Assembly (NCBI GenBank): GCA_030704615.1
Contig: CM060734.1
Location: 40,672,001-40,736,000, forward strand
Direction: 5' to 3'
Source: Takakia lepidozioides
Lineage: Eukaryota; Plantae; Bryophyta
Length of the DNA: 64,000 nt
Shown here: in pieces, positions 36,879 through 50,165 of the stretch
Layout: every line of letters starts with the position of its first letter
Numbering within the stretch: the stretch's first letter is position 1
Notes under the pieces: model-generated
Told to the model about the DNA's origin: nothing
Seen by the model: only the letters and a program-made list of their open reading frames with translations
The model's database searches: none
Program-made: the position numbers and the translations under genes

Positions 36879-38625
36879 CCCTTAACCTCCCAAGCCCGTT
36901 TTCAACATTTTGGCCATTTTTGATAGCCCGTAAGACTAAAATGCCCATAACTCGTTATCACCTTTCATCCACAGGTTTCAACCATAAAACATTGTACCTA
37001 GCTTGGTAATGTATAACTCCTCCAAATTTGGCATGATTCCACTATAGAAATAGAAATATTATGGGTCGTTGTAGCCTACAGTGTCCATTTTTGGCTGTCA
37101 CAACACCGTTTTTCCTGCACATAGATTGATGGTATACATCCACACTCTTCAATCGAATGGAATATTTGAATAAATGACTCTAAAGGATAATATTCACTAG
37201 AGGCTTCACCCACTCTTTCAAGTTTCATTTCAAAATACTAAGTATATTGAAAGTTAAGGACTTTTTAAAAAGTCCCTAGTAAAATGTCATAGTCAATAAT
37301 CTGATGATTATGTACTTTGTTCTTGGTCAATTTTCAATGCCACTATAAAAAACGACTCACAGAATGATCACCCCCATTTTGAGGAATCTAGAATGCCTTA
37401 TCTTACACTAAAATATGTAGTCTATAAAATGTTAGGGACTTTTGAAGAGCATAGAAATTAATTATTTTTGTATTAAGCTTTACAACATGAAAAACATAGA
37501 TTTACAAGAACTACCTTCACAAAAAACACGCATTTTCCATAGGTTGAGGGCATAGATGAATTAGATTTGAGAATTTTGTTTTTTTTTTTAAAATTGAGTT
37601 TTTTTTATTTATTTTATTTTATTTTTTGAAAAGCCCACCCATATTGTTTTGACACGGTACTTTTGGCCAACGGTTTGGATCGACTTCGTCCGATGGTCAA
37701 AAAAATTATTTTTTTAAACTCGCGCCAGCTTAAGGACATCTCATGTACTCGTGATCGTGTCGCATTATGGACACTCTAGACTGCAATCACCCTTATAATG
37801 CCTTTGTGGACCTTGAATTTGAGCTTCCACACAATGCTCCTACCAAAAAAAGATTTGACCAGAATAAACGGTGGTTTTTTGTAATTTTCATTGCTTCGAG
37901 ACCCAAAAATTCCAATGCACTGGTGTCTTTATTATGTCATTGCCAAATTTTAGGGCCATATGAGGGTTTTTTCTATGGGCTGCTTTGTATGGGTGTATGT
38001 GGGGGTACATAAGGTGAAAAATTGAATGACATGAGCCTCCAAAGGAGGTGCAATATTTCCCAACTTTTTGAAAAAACCGGACGATAGATGTGTGGGTACC
38101 ATGCCATGCTCCACAATGTGAAAAAAATTATACAATTTAGTAAATGTTTAGGAAACTTTTTGGCCCTAATTTGTGCAATATTGTTTTGGGACCCACAACC
38201 GGACTTCAGGTGGTGCTCAGGGAGGATTTTCCGGCAGACTATTCTTTTTTTGGGAGGTCACGTCCCATGGGCACTGCCACCCCATCGGCTACAGGGGCAA
38301 CGTAGCGCCACCCGCCCAACCTAAAAATGAAGTGAAATAGGGTGGGCCGCTGCATGCAGCCCCACCCTAAATCGAAACTGCAGCCGGTTTAGTGCTTTGT
38401 ACTTGCCACCTGTCCAATTAACTCAAGAAACGCAGCTTGTTTTGGGCAATGCTGACAGGCCAAAATTGGCCCATGCCACATTTTTAATTTTTTTAAATTT
38501 TTTTTTTTGAGGAGAGGCTTCCTAAGAGGCAAATCTATATTTTTAAATCAGACCTCATTCCCATCCGAGAGCATCTTATGATGCTGCGGCGAATCTCCGA
38601 TTTGGCTCGCTTGTGAGGTTAAGGG
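36879..38625. mobile_element. Non-autonomous piggyBac-like DNA transposon
   Basis: TTAA at 36875-36878 and 38626-38629; 17-bp TIR CCCTTAACCTC(C/A)CAAGC with one mismatch; no transposase ORF. Confidence 0.75.
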
Positions 38626-39251
38626 TTAAGTGTGGGTATATCAGGGTAATTCATATACCTATCCTAATAATTAGATGGAAGATAATATTTATTTATTTAT
38701 TTAAATTAATATAAGAAAAATGTCGGTTGAGAATCGGATGTCCATGTAACATACAAGTCCTTTAAAATTGACAAGCATTTCACTATATAATTGGATAGTG
38801 AAAAAAAATAAAAATTGGATAGTGTGCACTGTGTACAAGACTGTAACTTCTGAATATAACATTGTGGGATCCTGTGGAATTGAAATTTCTTCCACTGCTC
38901 CTCGACTTCTTCCACTGGACTAACCATGCTACAAATCTCATCCTATCATCGTTTGGTTAAACTGACTCGTTTAAATTAGAATTGTCCTCAAAACTAACAA
39001 ACTCCAAGGCATCCCTCATTGGAGCCTCAAAATCATGAAGGACGGAATGCTCAACAAATTGTTGCAAAAATCCATCATTTTCATCTAGTGTAATGGCATA
39101 TAGCAATTATTTCATCCAGCATCACGACATGCAACAACTATAGAGTGACAGGATTTTCCTAACACTCTATATAACACTCTTTTCTAGTGTAATTTTTAAC
39201 ATATTATAAAAATATATATAACATATACCAAGGTAACATTTAAAGAGGGTC

Positions 39252-39959
39252 ACCAACAGTCAGTAGCTCAGTTGGATAGTGCACTGAATGCCACCCAGAT
39301 GATTCTGGCTCAAATGATTCTGGGTAATAGGTCAATAGGGTGATAGGTCTTCTAAAATGGATAGTGTATGGGTATGGTATTGGTATTAATTCTTTTGATA
39401 TTGATACTGGCCAGGGTATTGGTACGGTAGTTATGTTGCTGAGACTTTGTATACAGTACAATTGTCAGACTGTCTTTCAGTTATTTTTCTGCCCAGTCGT
39501 GGTAGCCAAGACCAGATTTCCACTTCCCCCGCGAAGAGTCTGAGCAATTTGTTTAGCCTGCACTGCTTGATACGCCTCAAGTGCTCACTGGAGCTCATAT
39601 TCATACCCTACTTGTTCATATCCCTACTTATACTGAGCTCCATCGTTACTTACAACCCTCAATAATGGTACCGCAGGCAGTATAACAACAGCGACAAAAC
39701 CAGGCTGGTCTGGTATCGACGAGCAAATCCTTGACTTAATATCCACCCCAGTAGCTTATGTAAATGGGTATAATGTTCTTTCATACCAATAGGGTATGGT
39801 TCTTCATACCATTACTTATCTTTACTGTATACTCAGGTCTGACCATATATACGGATCCAACACTGGTTATTTTCTCCTCTCACTAGCGAGGGGCCTGATT
39901 TGTGAGCTGTCGCTCCCAGATGTTTCCCTTACTTTAAGAAAAATAGAAAAAAAAAAAGA
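39252..39959 (+). mobile_element. Second SINE copy, with different internal sequence; E2 inserted in its A-rich tail
   Basis: Head accaacagtcagtagctcagttgg and tail ggggcctgatttgtgagctgtcgctccca match the 28705-28925 copy. Confidence 0.55.
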
Positions 39960-40307
39960 TGTCATGGTTTTGTTTGTGATTAGTTAGAAATAGTTATTTC
40001 TAGCTAATTATGACATTATACATTTATAGTTGTATTTTGTTGGCATTGAGACTTCATTTGGTTCCATGTGCCAAGTGAGATGACGAACCTCATTTGGGAC
40101 GTGGAGAGGTTATCTCCACGTGAGACGTAGGCAGACTCGTCTTCTTCTAGTCGAGCCTCTCGAGGCCTCTCTCGCCGCCATAGCTCTAGTACTTGAGATG
40201 GAGAGTGGGTAAGGTCGGTATGGTGGAGTCCTTTAGCAAAGGTGTCATTAGCTTGACTTATATAATGTGATAGAGTGGTTTCTCCTCTTTTCACCATTTC
40301 AGTATCA

Positions 40308-40319
40308 CTAGAAGAAGAC
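40308..40319 (+). promoter_or_regulatory. E2 self-priming PBS
   Basis: (a)ctagaagaagac is the reverse complement of gtcttcttctagt at 40139-40151. Confidence 0.75.
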
Positions 40320-41139
40320 CTACTTACATCTATGAGTGCAAGGTGTTAGCATAGTTAGCACTTGTGTGTGGAAGAGAGCTTGATAGATAGCTCTTAAGTT
40401 ACAAGGTATTGCAGGGTTTGCAAGAAGAAAGCCTTGTGGTGTTTATGTACAAGAGGAGGTCTTCAAGGAGAGCCCATTGAAAAGTTTGAGAGCTTGTGAA
40501 GAAGCTTTTGTTCTGCAAGTGTTGCAAGGTTTGAGGAGTTCAAGAAGAGCTCGGGTGTTAAGGGAGCAAGCGGTGCATGTGTGGAGCATGGTTTCAGCTT
40601 GTGGGAGGTAGACATCTGATTTCTCTTGGGGGCAGAATAGTGTATTTGTAGAGCATGCTTTGAGTTGAGGTTTCAATCCCAAGCTTGGGAAGAGCATGTC
40701 TATGGAAGTGACAAGTGCAGGGCTGGATTATGAGCTCTAAGAGGTGCACTATGGCCATGGAAGGAAGCACTATGAGTGCATGCGATGGCTACAGAGGGTA
40801 TGCCATAGAAAGCTCAATAACTTGTTCTATGCTTGTTTCAATAAGTTCTAAGAGAAAGAGAGCTTGTTGTGTGGCAAATAGCTTGCTCAGGGAGTTAGAG
40901 GCATTTTTGGTGGTCTGTTGATGCTCAAGAAACCAAGAACAACACCTCTGGTTGCTCCATAGAAGCCATAGCCCGTTACAGCAATCGCAGAGGCAAAGCG
41001 ACGCAAACCCTAGCTTGGGAACGCTTGGGAACGCTTGGGAATTCGATGGAACTTGTGGGAACGTATGGGAACGCGTGGGAACATTGCCCCAAAGTTGGGA
41101 GCACCACCATTGTCCCATAGGATGAACTATTGAGCCAGT

Positions 41140-42010
41140 GGATGAAAATCGGCACTCTTGGATGAGAATCGGTTGCAGTGGATGAAACTGCGCCAACGGA
41201 TGATCTATCGCGCTATCGGATGAAAAATTGCGGTGACGGATGAAGCTGTGTCAGCGGATGAAATCGTGGCAGCGGATGAAAAATCGCGGCGACGAATGAA
41301 ATCACGCCAGTGGATGAAATATCGCACCGATGGATGAACTATCACAGCAGACGAAGTATCGGACCTGCAGATGAGAAATCACGGTTTTGGATGAAATTTG
41401 GTTAGTGACGGATGAAAAATCGATTGACTGTGGATATTTTTGGAGCCTTTTGGGGGCTTGTTTGAGGACTATTTGGGGCTATTGAGGCCAATATCTTACA
41501 GGTATTGGGGCCGGCTTTGAGGACTATTTGGGGTCTATTGAGGCCAATATCTTGTAGGTATTGGGGCCTGCTTTGAGGACTATTTGGGGTCTATTGAAGC
41601 CAATATCTTGCAGGCTTGTGGAGCCTGCTTAGGGTTGTTTGAAGGACTATTTGGGGTCCTTTGAGGCAGGCCTGTGGAGCCTTGTGAGGGCTGGTTGGAG
41701 GACGATTGGAGGTCCTTGGAGGCCCATATTGGGCATGCTTATGGAGTTTTCTAAGAGCTCTTTGGGGGGCTATTGGAGGTCCTTGGGGGCAAATACTTGG
41801 CAGATTTGAGGAGCTTCTTAAGGGTTGTTGGAAGACTGTTGGAGGTCCTTGGAAGCCAATACTTGGCAGATTTGAGGAGCTTCTTAAGAGCTGTTGGAGG
41901 ACTATTGGAGGTCCTTGGAGGCCAATACTTGGCAGATTTGAGGAGCTTCTTAAGGGCTGTTTGGTGGACTCTTGGAGGCCATATTGGGCAGGCTTGTGGA
42001 GCCATTGAGG
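41140..42010. repeat. Tandem arrays in E2 5' UTR (GGATGAA units, then ~55-63-bp units)
   Basis: Repeated ggatgaa; repeated tttgaggactatttgggg and ttggaggtccttggaggccaatacttggcagatttgaggagcttctt. Confidence 0.85.
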
Positions 42011-42801
42011 GGGCTGGTTGGAGACCGTGGAGGCCACTAATTGGCGGGCGCCTAGGGCCTTTTGGTGGACTGTTTAGAGTCCAAGTTTGCGAACTTCTTG
42101 AACCTCGGTGGGTCTATGTTAGGGGCTGATTGAGGGCAGATTTCAGAAGTTCATGGCGATAATTTGAGGGCTCTTGAGAGTTATTTGAGAGGTTCTTTAA
42201 GGATAGTCTTATCTATTGCTTGAGCAAGAGTGAGTGTGAAGATAGGAGGAATAATGGGATGAGAGCATTCTGGGCTTAGAGATTGCTTTAGCTTCCCTTC
42301 TCTATAGTCTTCCATCATTCTTGTAGGCCAAAGCTTTTCCGTAAGCGGAGGCAGAGCTAGTTTGGATAGAGACTTGGCCATCTTGCAGGTTTATTGAAGC
42401 CGCAAGGATATCGATTGATTTAAGCTGTGGGAGGTGTTGTTGTTTGAGTTTCCTGTGTTTGGATCCTCCTCCCACACATGCATGCTTGACTGTGCGCCAT
42501 GCTAGTTTGGTTTGGGCGCTTGCTTTTATAGGTGGTTGTGCCGGAAATATTGTGGCCAGCCAATCCTAGAGCGTGCTGTCGGTGATGAGGCTGGGGTGAT
42601 GACCCGCAGACAATCATTATTTCACTTATGGTGAGGCTGGGTTGATGACCAGCAGACCATAAGAGTGCCTGCGGTGGATGCAAATGCAGGTGCAGGTTCA
42701 GAATATGAACCTAGTATCAGGTTCTGTACCCGGTTACCTTATGGAATGGAGGATTAGAGACGAGTTGGTAGCTGGTTTGAGTGTGAGTTTTCATCACGGA
42801 G

Positions 42802-45400
42802 GTGCCACCAGTTACTGAGGAGAGTGCCGGTACAAGCACCAGCGATACTAGTGGGTATACAAGACGAGGTATGTGGTTTAAGCCACCTTCACCTTCAGTG
42901 TCTTCTGATGAAGGTTCAGACTCAGAGTTAGGAGGATTCTCGCCGAGGGTGCAAGCCATTTTCGTGCCATTGTTGTGGGATACGATGGAGGAAATGTATG
43001 GAGCTACCAAGGGGCCACGTTGGTACTCGGGAGCTGTGGGCACCATCGAGCTTGATGATTTCATACAAGAGTTTGATAGTTGGTGTGATTTGCAGCAGAT
43101 GCGCAATCCACAACTATTTACGTCTTTTATGGCATGGGAGGGGCTATTTCAGCACCTTAAGGGGCCGCCTATGGATGACTACCATGAGTTTAGGCGGGGA
43201 AATGAGGTGGAGATTGAGGAGTGGCAACAATATTGGTCACCTGAATATATCTCCATCACTAGAGGCACAAGGGCAGCGGAATTACCAGCAGCTACACCAA
43301 CATCCCCAACTGCAAGCACTAGTAGTGGGACAAGTAAAGATGGAGTTGGGAAATCCACTCAAGCTCCTGCTGCAGCACCAACACCCGTGCCTGCCTTTAA
43401 CCCAGTTGTGAAGTTCTTCGAGGAGTTGAGGAGAAACTACCAGGGGATAAGGACGGAGAAATTGCGGAGCTTGCAAGAGTTCCAACGCAAGCCTACTAAG
43501 AGTTTGAGAGAGGCTTACACGCGCATGAGGCGATTGATAAATGTGACCCAAGGGGTTATGAAAGCTCAAGCAGTCCAATTCTGGTATGAGATATTGGACA
43601 AGGAGCTGAGGAGAAGGGTACGGGATGCAACTCTCCTACAAGTGGCCCAACCCATCTTAGCAAGCGTGTTTTTGCTAGCAGAGCGGATAGAGCTCAATAT
43701 GGTGGAGGAGCGAATGGTCATGGTGGGGTTTGGTAAGGAGATACAACGAAGTGGGGCTCCTAGCCAACAACAACCACTATCCCAACGTGCTCAAGACAAC
43801 AAGGGGGCTTAGGTGAAGCCCAGGGAAGGACAGAGAGGATCTCAATTGCAGAGGTAACTTCTTTCATTCTCAGGCCAACAACAGTCGGGTGTGACATGTT
43901 GGGATTTTGGAGGACCCCATATTAAGAGAGATTGCCCGGAGAGAGGCAAAGGGCTGGCACAGGCACAGCCTACACAACTACAGTGTGGGCATTGTGGCAA
44001 GTATGGGCATGAAGAGGCCCATTGTTATGACTTGCATCCTGAGCTACGGCCAGGCCGGGTCCAAGGGAACAATGGTGGCCGAGGACGAGGCAATGTAGTC
44101 CAGAGAGGCAGAGGTCGTGGTGGAGGTCGTAATCAAAACCAAGGAGCACAAGGTCAATGTCAAGGTCATGACCAAGGCATGGTAGATAGGCTTGCCCAGC
44201 TAGAGCAACGCCTTGCTGCCATGACCACTACTAATGTGGCGTCAGCTCCAAGGCCTGAGGTTCAAGCCCCGCCTGCACAACCTCTTATGCCTAAGGAAGA
44301 CCAGATTGGTATGGGCTTCATGTGTGGAGCCGCACTTGCTGGACCGTTGCATGTGGACTCTACAGCTGCTGTCACTCGAGCAGCAACGCGTACTCCTGAG
44401 CCAAGAGGAGCAGATGTGGATTGTGATCCACAAAGGGGGGAAGCAAGTCGACAGACAAGGCTTCCACAGTCTTTCACATTGGCTGAGACAGTGCCAACTA
44501 CGCCATCGATGGTACCCGCTCACCCAAGTGTGTCAGAAGTAGAGCCACGAGTACCAGTGGGGAGAGTTCGTGTGGCTCAGGAAATGCCAGTGGGTGGTGC
44601 TGCAAAGCAGGGTGTAGCCAGTACATTGTTGGGGGCGGCTACGGCAGTTTGCCAAGCTCCATTGTTTTCTGCGATGACCATTGCAATGCCGGTGATTCGG
44701 CCAGCTACTGTGTTTAGACTAGCAGCTAGACTCTGTGAGAGTGGTGATGCATCGATACTATCTGCGGGGATAATGGCTAATGTGCAGTGCATGGATATCA
44801 TGGACTCAAGGGTAAAGACAACCATAGCTGCACCATGGCAAGCGGCAGCTGCAAGGTTGCAGGAGTTGCCAGCTAGACCAGCCATTGAGCGTAGTATGGT
44901 GACTCCTGGGGTAGTCCTGGTGGACAATCAGGATGGTGTGTTTCAGTTGGGTGGCCCAGCCGGGAGGAGGTATAGGCCACTGCGGGTCTTGTTGGACTCG
45001 GGAGCACAGCCATTGATGTTGGGAAGAGTAGCAATTGCAGGCTTGGGCCTTACAGAGGCGAATTTGGAGCCTTAACCTTTCCAAATTCAAACATCTTTGG
45101 GCGGTTCAGAGAAGGCACGAGGGATTACACGTCATGAACTCTTCATTTGACTGCAGCCGGATCATCCTACGGACGGCTCAGTCATGAGAGCTAAAGTCAT
45201 TGTTACGGATGCGATGTCTTTTGATGTGCTTGTTGGTGGGGCGGTGTTATAGCCCATGGGATTCACTCTGGACTTTTGGGAGGAAACGACATCCTATAGG
45301 CCGAAATGGCAGTCAGGAGATGGCCGACGTGCACTGCTCCCAGTGCGGTTTATTGGGAATGTAGCGGTGGATCATAGGAACATGATGCCCACATTGGCTG
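42802..45400 (+). pseudogene. E2 gag + protease
   Basis: Homologous to E1 gag; CGHCGKYGHEEAHC; RVLLDSGAQPL; in-frame stops. Confidence 0.88.
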
Positions 45401-45699
45401 CATTTTCAGGGGTGGTGGCTTGGGGTGGTGAGCTCTTGGAGGGCAATAGCCATGCAGATGATAGGCCATCACCTGATGAGGACAAACAATTGGCATACAA
45501 GGCTGATTTGCTTCCTCATATGCCTGTGCATATTCCACTATGGGGTACGGTTGGGAATTTGCATCGAGTAGTAGACGAGTGTGTGCACCAAGCAGGCCTT
45601 TCCATTGATGAGTGAGGGGAGTTCAGTGACATCACCTGGACCTCCTGAGTTAGCTCCTTTGGACACGGTGCCCATTACCTGGCAACCACCTGACTCAGG

Positions 45700-46645
45700 G
45701 ATTTGTTTGCTAGACCTGTTTGGAGGCATGAGCATTGGGCTTGCAAGAGTGTTGCAAGCAAGGATTAAAGTACGCAAGTACTTGTATGTGGAGAAGGATG
45801 AGATAGCTCGGCGTATTTCTATGCGCCACATCGCCTTGCTCACACACCGGTATCATGAGTTGTTGCCTCTCTCAGCAATTCAAGGGTATCAAAAGGCCTT
45901 GCCAGCAGACATTACCTTGCTGGGGGCGGATGATTTGGACCGGTATGGTTCCATTGACTTGGTGATAGCTGGATGGCCTTGCCAAGGACACTCTCCCGCA
46001 GGTCATGGGAATGGCTTGCATGATGCACGATCGCATTTGTTTTGGGAGATGTTGCGAGTGTTGCGGGACTTGCAAACGAGGCAAGTGCAACCTCTAGGCT
46101 ATATCTTGGAGAATGTTCCTCTTATGGGGGATTTTCATGCCAGGGTAATGGCCAGTGTGCATTAGGTGCGGTCTTGGATTGGATTGGCGGTGTTATTGGA
46201 TGCAGCAGCGGTGGGATCACGCGCGCATCGACCTCGATTGTGGTGGATCAATCTTGCACCACCAGAGCTGCTCAAGAGAGCATACGATTCCATTCAACGG
46301 CCACCCAATCTCACGGTTGAAGGCATTTTGGACCAAGGGAGGCAACCACAGAGAGTGTGACATGATGATCGTCCACCTCTAGCAGTGGTCAATCGAGTGG
46401 GGCAGCCACGTGCGGCCTTGCCTACGCTCATGAGTTTTCACTCGTCTCATGCTTTCCAAGACAATGGTCGTGGGTTGATTTGGGACAGTGTGCTACAGCA
46501 ATTGGTGGAGCCCAATGCGGATGAGCCAGAGCGGGCAATGGGATTTGCCATCGGCACTACAGATGTGTCAGCTATGTCAGAGGCATCACGCCGCCAAGTG
46601 TTGGGTCAAGCAATGGATTTAAATTGCTTGACATGGATAATTGGC
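45700..46645 (+). pseudogene. E2 DNMT3-like C5 cytosine methyltransferase domain
   Basis: LDLFGGMSIG, YVEKD, IDLVIAGWPCQ, YILENV, AHRPRLWWIN, ERAMGF, RRQVLGQA; internal stops. Confidence 0.9.
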
Positions 46646-47452
46646 TTGTGCATGGCTGAGCAACGGAGATTGCAAGCATTGATGGCTACTTCTACACTCC
46701 CATTGGATGGTGCATCCTCCCTGCCAACCGGGACGGTTAAGGTAGTGAGTGGGGGCGAGCACAGGATCGTGGGTTGCAAACACCCATGGTAGATGTGGGA
46801 TGAGATGCGCAAAGAGAGAGTCATTGGATCTCTCAAGCAGCAGTATGAGGAGTGGGGAGAGCCATGGATTGATGATCAATTGGAGGCCAAGATGGCCAAG
46901 GTTTTTGAAGAGGTTGAGAATGTTTCTTGCTCAGAGGATGTTCTCAAGGTGGCTATGGCGGAGTAAGTGGAGGCTACGCCACAGTTAGATTGGGTGGACA
47001 AGGCCCAAGAGGTTGCTATCTAGCAACCAAAGGATTCGTCTCCTACTTCCAAGCTTGGTGTACCCAAGGTTGCAGTTGTTCAGTTTAAATAAACACAGTG
47101 TGAAACTAACTAGAATAAAGCTAGTTATTTGTATTTAACACTTGGATTTAGTTCAAGTGTTAAGTCAGGTGTCAAGTTTAGTTTGACACCTGAACCGTCT
47201 TATCTTCACGTGAGCGTCAGTCGTGCGGCTCATCTCTCTTGAGTTGAGCCTGTGCGACCGAGCTCCTTCATGCTTTAGAATCTGAGTGTGCTTATGTAGG
47301 GGTATAGGTTGTTGTGGGGTGGAGTCCCCATAGCTTGGGGTGCCCCTGGCTCGACTATTATCTTAAAGAGTGATGTTGAGGGATTTCATGTTTCTTGTGT
47401 GAACAGTGTGTCATTTAGCTTTCTTGTCACTTGAGAGAGATGAACAGAGATA

Positions 47453-47759
47453 TGTCAACATAGTGAAACTGAAAGATGGGCGGTCATTGTCTATAGACAT
47501 TGTGGTAGTGGGCGTAGGCGCGAGACCACTCATAGCCCTTTTGAAGGAGCAGTTGGCTGTTGAGAAGGGAAGTTTCAAGGTTGATGGGTTTTTCAAAACA
47601 AGTGCTCCAGATGTCTATGCCGTTGGTGATGTTGCCACCCTCCCCCTGAAGCTGTTCGGTGACCTGCGCAGAGTAGAGCACGTTGATCATGCTCGCAAAT
47701 CAGCTATTCAAGCTGTTCAGGCTATCAAGGCAGCTGAGGAAGGGAAGACTATTGCTGAA
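47453..47759 (+). pseudogene. MDHAR: Captured monodehydroascorbate reductase fragment (intronless)
   Basis: VKLKDGRSLSIDIVVVGVGARP..KVDGFFKTSAPDVYAVGDVATLPLKLFGDLRRVEHVDHARKSAIQAVQAIKAAEEGKTI. Confidence 0.9.
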
Positions 47760-47872
47760 GGTGGGCTGGACCTGCTGTTTGGGTCTAAGAAGAAACACGA
47801 GGTTGATGTGAGCCTCACCAATGGCCACGCCAAGTTGACAGTGGAATGCTGCTGGTTTGGATTCGTGACATT
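47760..47872 (+). pseudogene. URM1: Captured ubiquitin-related modifier 1 fragment
   Basis: GGLDLLFGSKKKHEVDVSL..KLTV, then in a shifted frame MLLVWIRD. Confidence 0.6.
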
Positions 47873-48544
47873 CATTTCCAGGTGACGGGCGTGAGAGAGA
47901 GAGAGAGATACAGACACTTGTGCTGCGCAGAGCTTGCATGCCCGTACCTCGCCTCTCCGTCTTGGGGTCGCCTGCTCCTCGCTGCTTTCATGTGATGTAA
48001 GGCTCTTATTTCTGTCCAAAATGCGGAGAAGATGAGATTGTGGTGAAGCCTGATATATCAGATCGAGCAAATTGTGTTTGGTTTGGCCAAGAGCTTGTCT
48101 TGATAAGGCAGACTTCAGAAAATTGTGCGCATGTGCTGGCAAAGATGGCAACTGTAGACCATGCCCAGGGGAAAGCTCTGGATAGAACAGGCCAAGGGTC
48201 CAAATTTGAAGATACCTGTACACGTATTGAAAGTAGACCAGGCCGCCTTCAAATGGACGACTCTTTATCTGAGAATGGTCATGCATATGACAACAGAAAG
48301 TTGCATCAACAGGGCTGTTGCCAGTGAGACAGGTGCTTGTGGAGTAGTTGTCCAGAGCCTCTGTGGGGGTGAATGTATTGGAATGGGACGATGCTGTGCT
48401 GCCTAGCTTCCCCAGTTGGGCTTCCGTCAGTTGCTGGTTCAACCACCTGCACCCAATACCAGGAACACCTCTATCAAGACTCATGGGCGTTCAAAATTGC
48501 ACTGGCAAGTTTTCTTGAGCAGCATTTGTGGGGTTCTTTCAATC

Positions 48545-48842
48545 TGTCCTCCTTTTTCTCTTCCTCCTTGGAGGCAGCTTCTAGTGCAGCCCCACTTCCG
48601 GCAGCGGGTGCACTGCTCACAGCCACAGCGCCGCCACCTCCTGATCCAACATTGATGATGAGGTCATCAACACTTCTCTTCTCCAATAGCTTGGCGAACA
48701 GAGCGGGCCAGTAAGACTCCACTTGCACATTGGCGGCCTTCACTAGCGTTGCAATCTTGTCGGCAGTGATGGGAATGCCGTCATCATGTAAAATCAGAGC
48801 AGCGTAAGTGCAGGCAAGCTCGCTGTGCGCCACGGCAGCCAT
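48545..48842 (-). pseudogene. RPP1: Captured 60S acidic ribosomal protein P1, C-terminally truncated, intronless
   Basis: [70 protein letters not shown]; lacks the DMGFSLFD tail. Confidence 0.93.
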
Positions 48843-50165
48843 CGCTTCTCAACAAGACGTTGCACTCGAGAATCCAGACAAAGAGAATCCAGAGAGCAGG
48901 GGCTGCCAAGCGTGTGCCTGCGAAGGAGGATCCCAGCACTGCAACCTCTATGGGTAGATTGCAATTCCACCATTTCGGGCATTTGTAGGGCACGGTATTT
49001 TGACCTTGTTGGGAACCTGCAGTGAATCGCAAAAAAAAACGTGGGAACAGTTTTTAATGGCGAGAACGTTTTGGTGTTAAAAAAAAAAAACCTTTTGATC
49101 TAATTTAAATGATTTAGAGCCTAATTGGTCATAACTTTGTCAGATGGACTCCGTTTGACTCAGTTTTTGGGGGGATAGCTGCAGAAAGGGGAAATCTACC
49201 TATCTAGACCTACCTATGTTTTTGGGACTCTGCTAAAAATCTATGGAATTTTTAGAGTGTGAGTGTGCCATGAAGATCCACAATTCCGTTTCTAGAACCT
49301 GTTCTGGTCTATATGAGAGACAAATCTGTGGATGTCCTCCTTGTATGGCTGGGGGAAATGAGGACGTAATTGAAGGGCAGGTCTCGTCTCTTAGCCTGTG
49401 CACACAAGGGGACAAGATTTATGTTTCCCAAGGAACTCAGACTGATTTGAGTGGAGAACAGTTGGACGAGTTGATTGCATACTGGAAGTCAGGCATTAGC
49501 AGTAGACAACAAACTGCTGTAGTTGACGTTGAGGGCCTCAATATTGCTTTGGACAGTCAGAACTCTGTTGGAGCCAGCAGTTCTGCAGCTGTAAGTGAAA
49601 TACCAAAATGGGTGAAAGCTAGGCTTGGAACACAGCCAAAGACAGCCCCAGGGACCAAGGTGTTCAGCCACAAGGCCGTGGTATATTGGAGCAGAGGAGC
49701 AGGAGCTACACAAGTTTGTGCAATCAGACATGGTTGCAGCCGCACTCTGCACAAGGCAACCATGAGCGGGGGTTCATTAGCAATGACAAGTTTGTTTTGC
49801 TTGAGGGAGATGCAGTCATTCGCAACGAGGACACCTGCAACCGTCTCAAAGCTTTCGAGTTGAGAGACTGTCAGACCCTACCTTGATTTTCTTTAGCGTT
49901 CAGTGAGCGGGAGATAGGGGAGTATTGCTTTGTCTCTACCTGGCAGAAAGAGGAGGAGGGTTGGTTAAAGCGAGCTACTGTAGCTTGGGACAAGGTTAGT
50001 GGTAGGTTTCTGGACATAGATATACCTCCTACACCTTACCATCATGCAGAGCGAGGCACTTTGAGAGAAGTCTGGCAGTTGATAGCATAGATCAGGATTA
50101 GATCTTGTTTGGTCGGGCTTCTATTCTTCCCCTCCTTCTCTTTACTATTTTCATTACTTTGTACT

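Noticed and set aside
41591-42129. Overlapping repetitive ORFs
   Set aside because: Open in several frames because of the tandem array; no recognisable domain.
47717-48484. 255-aa minus-strand ORF
   Set aside because: It spans junctions between captured fragments and is partly antisense to MDHAR/URM1; no recognisable domain.
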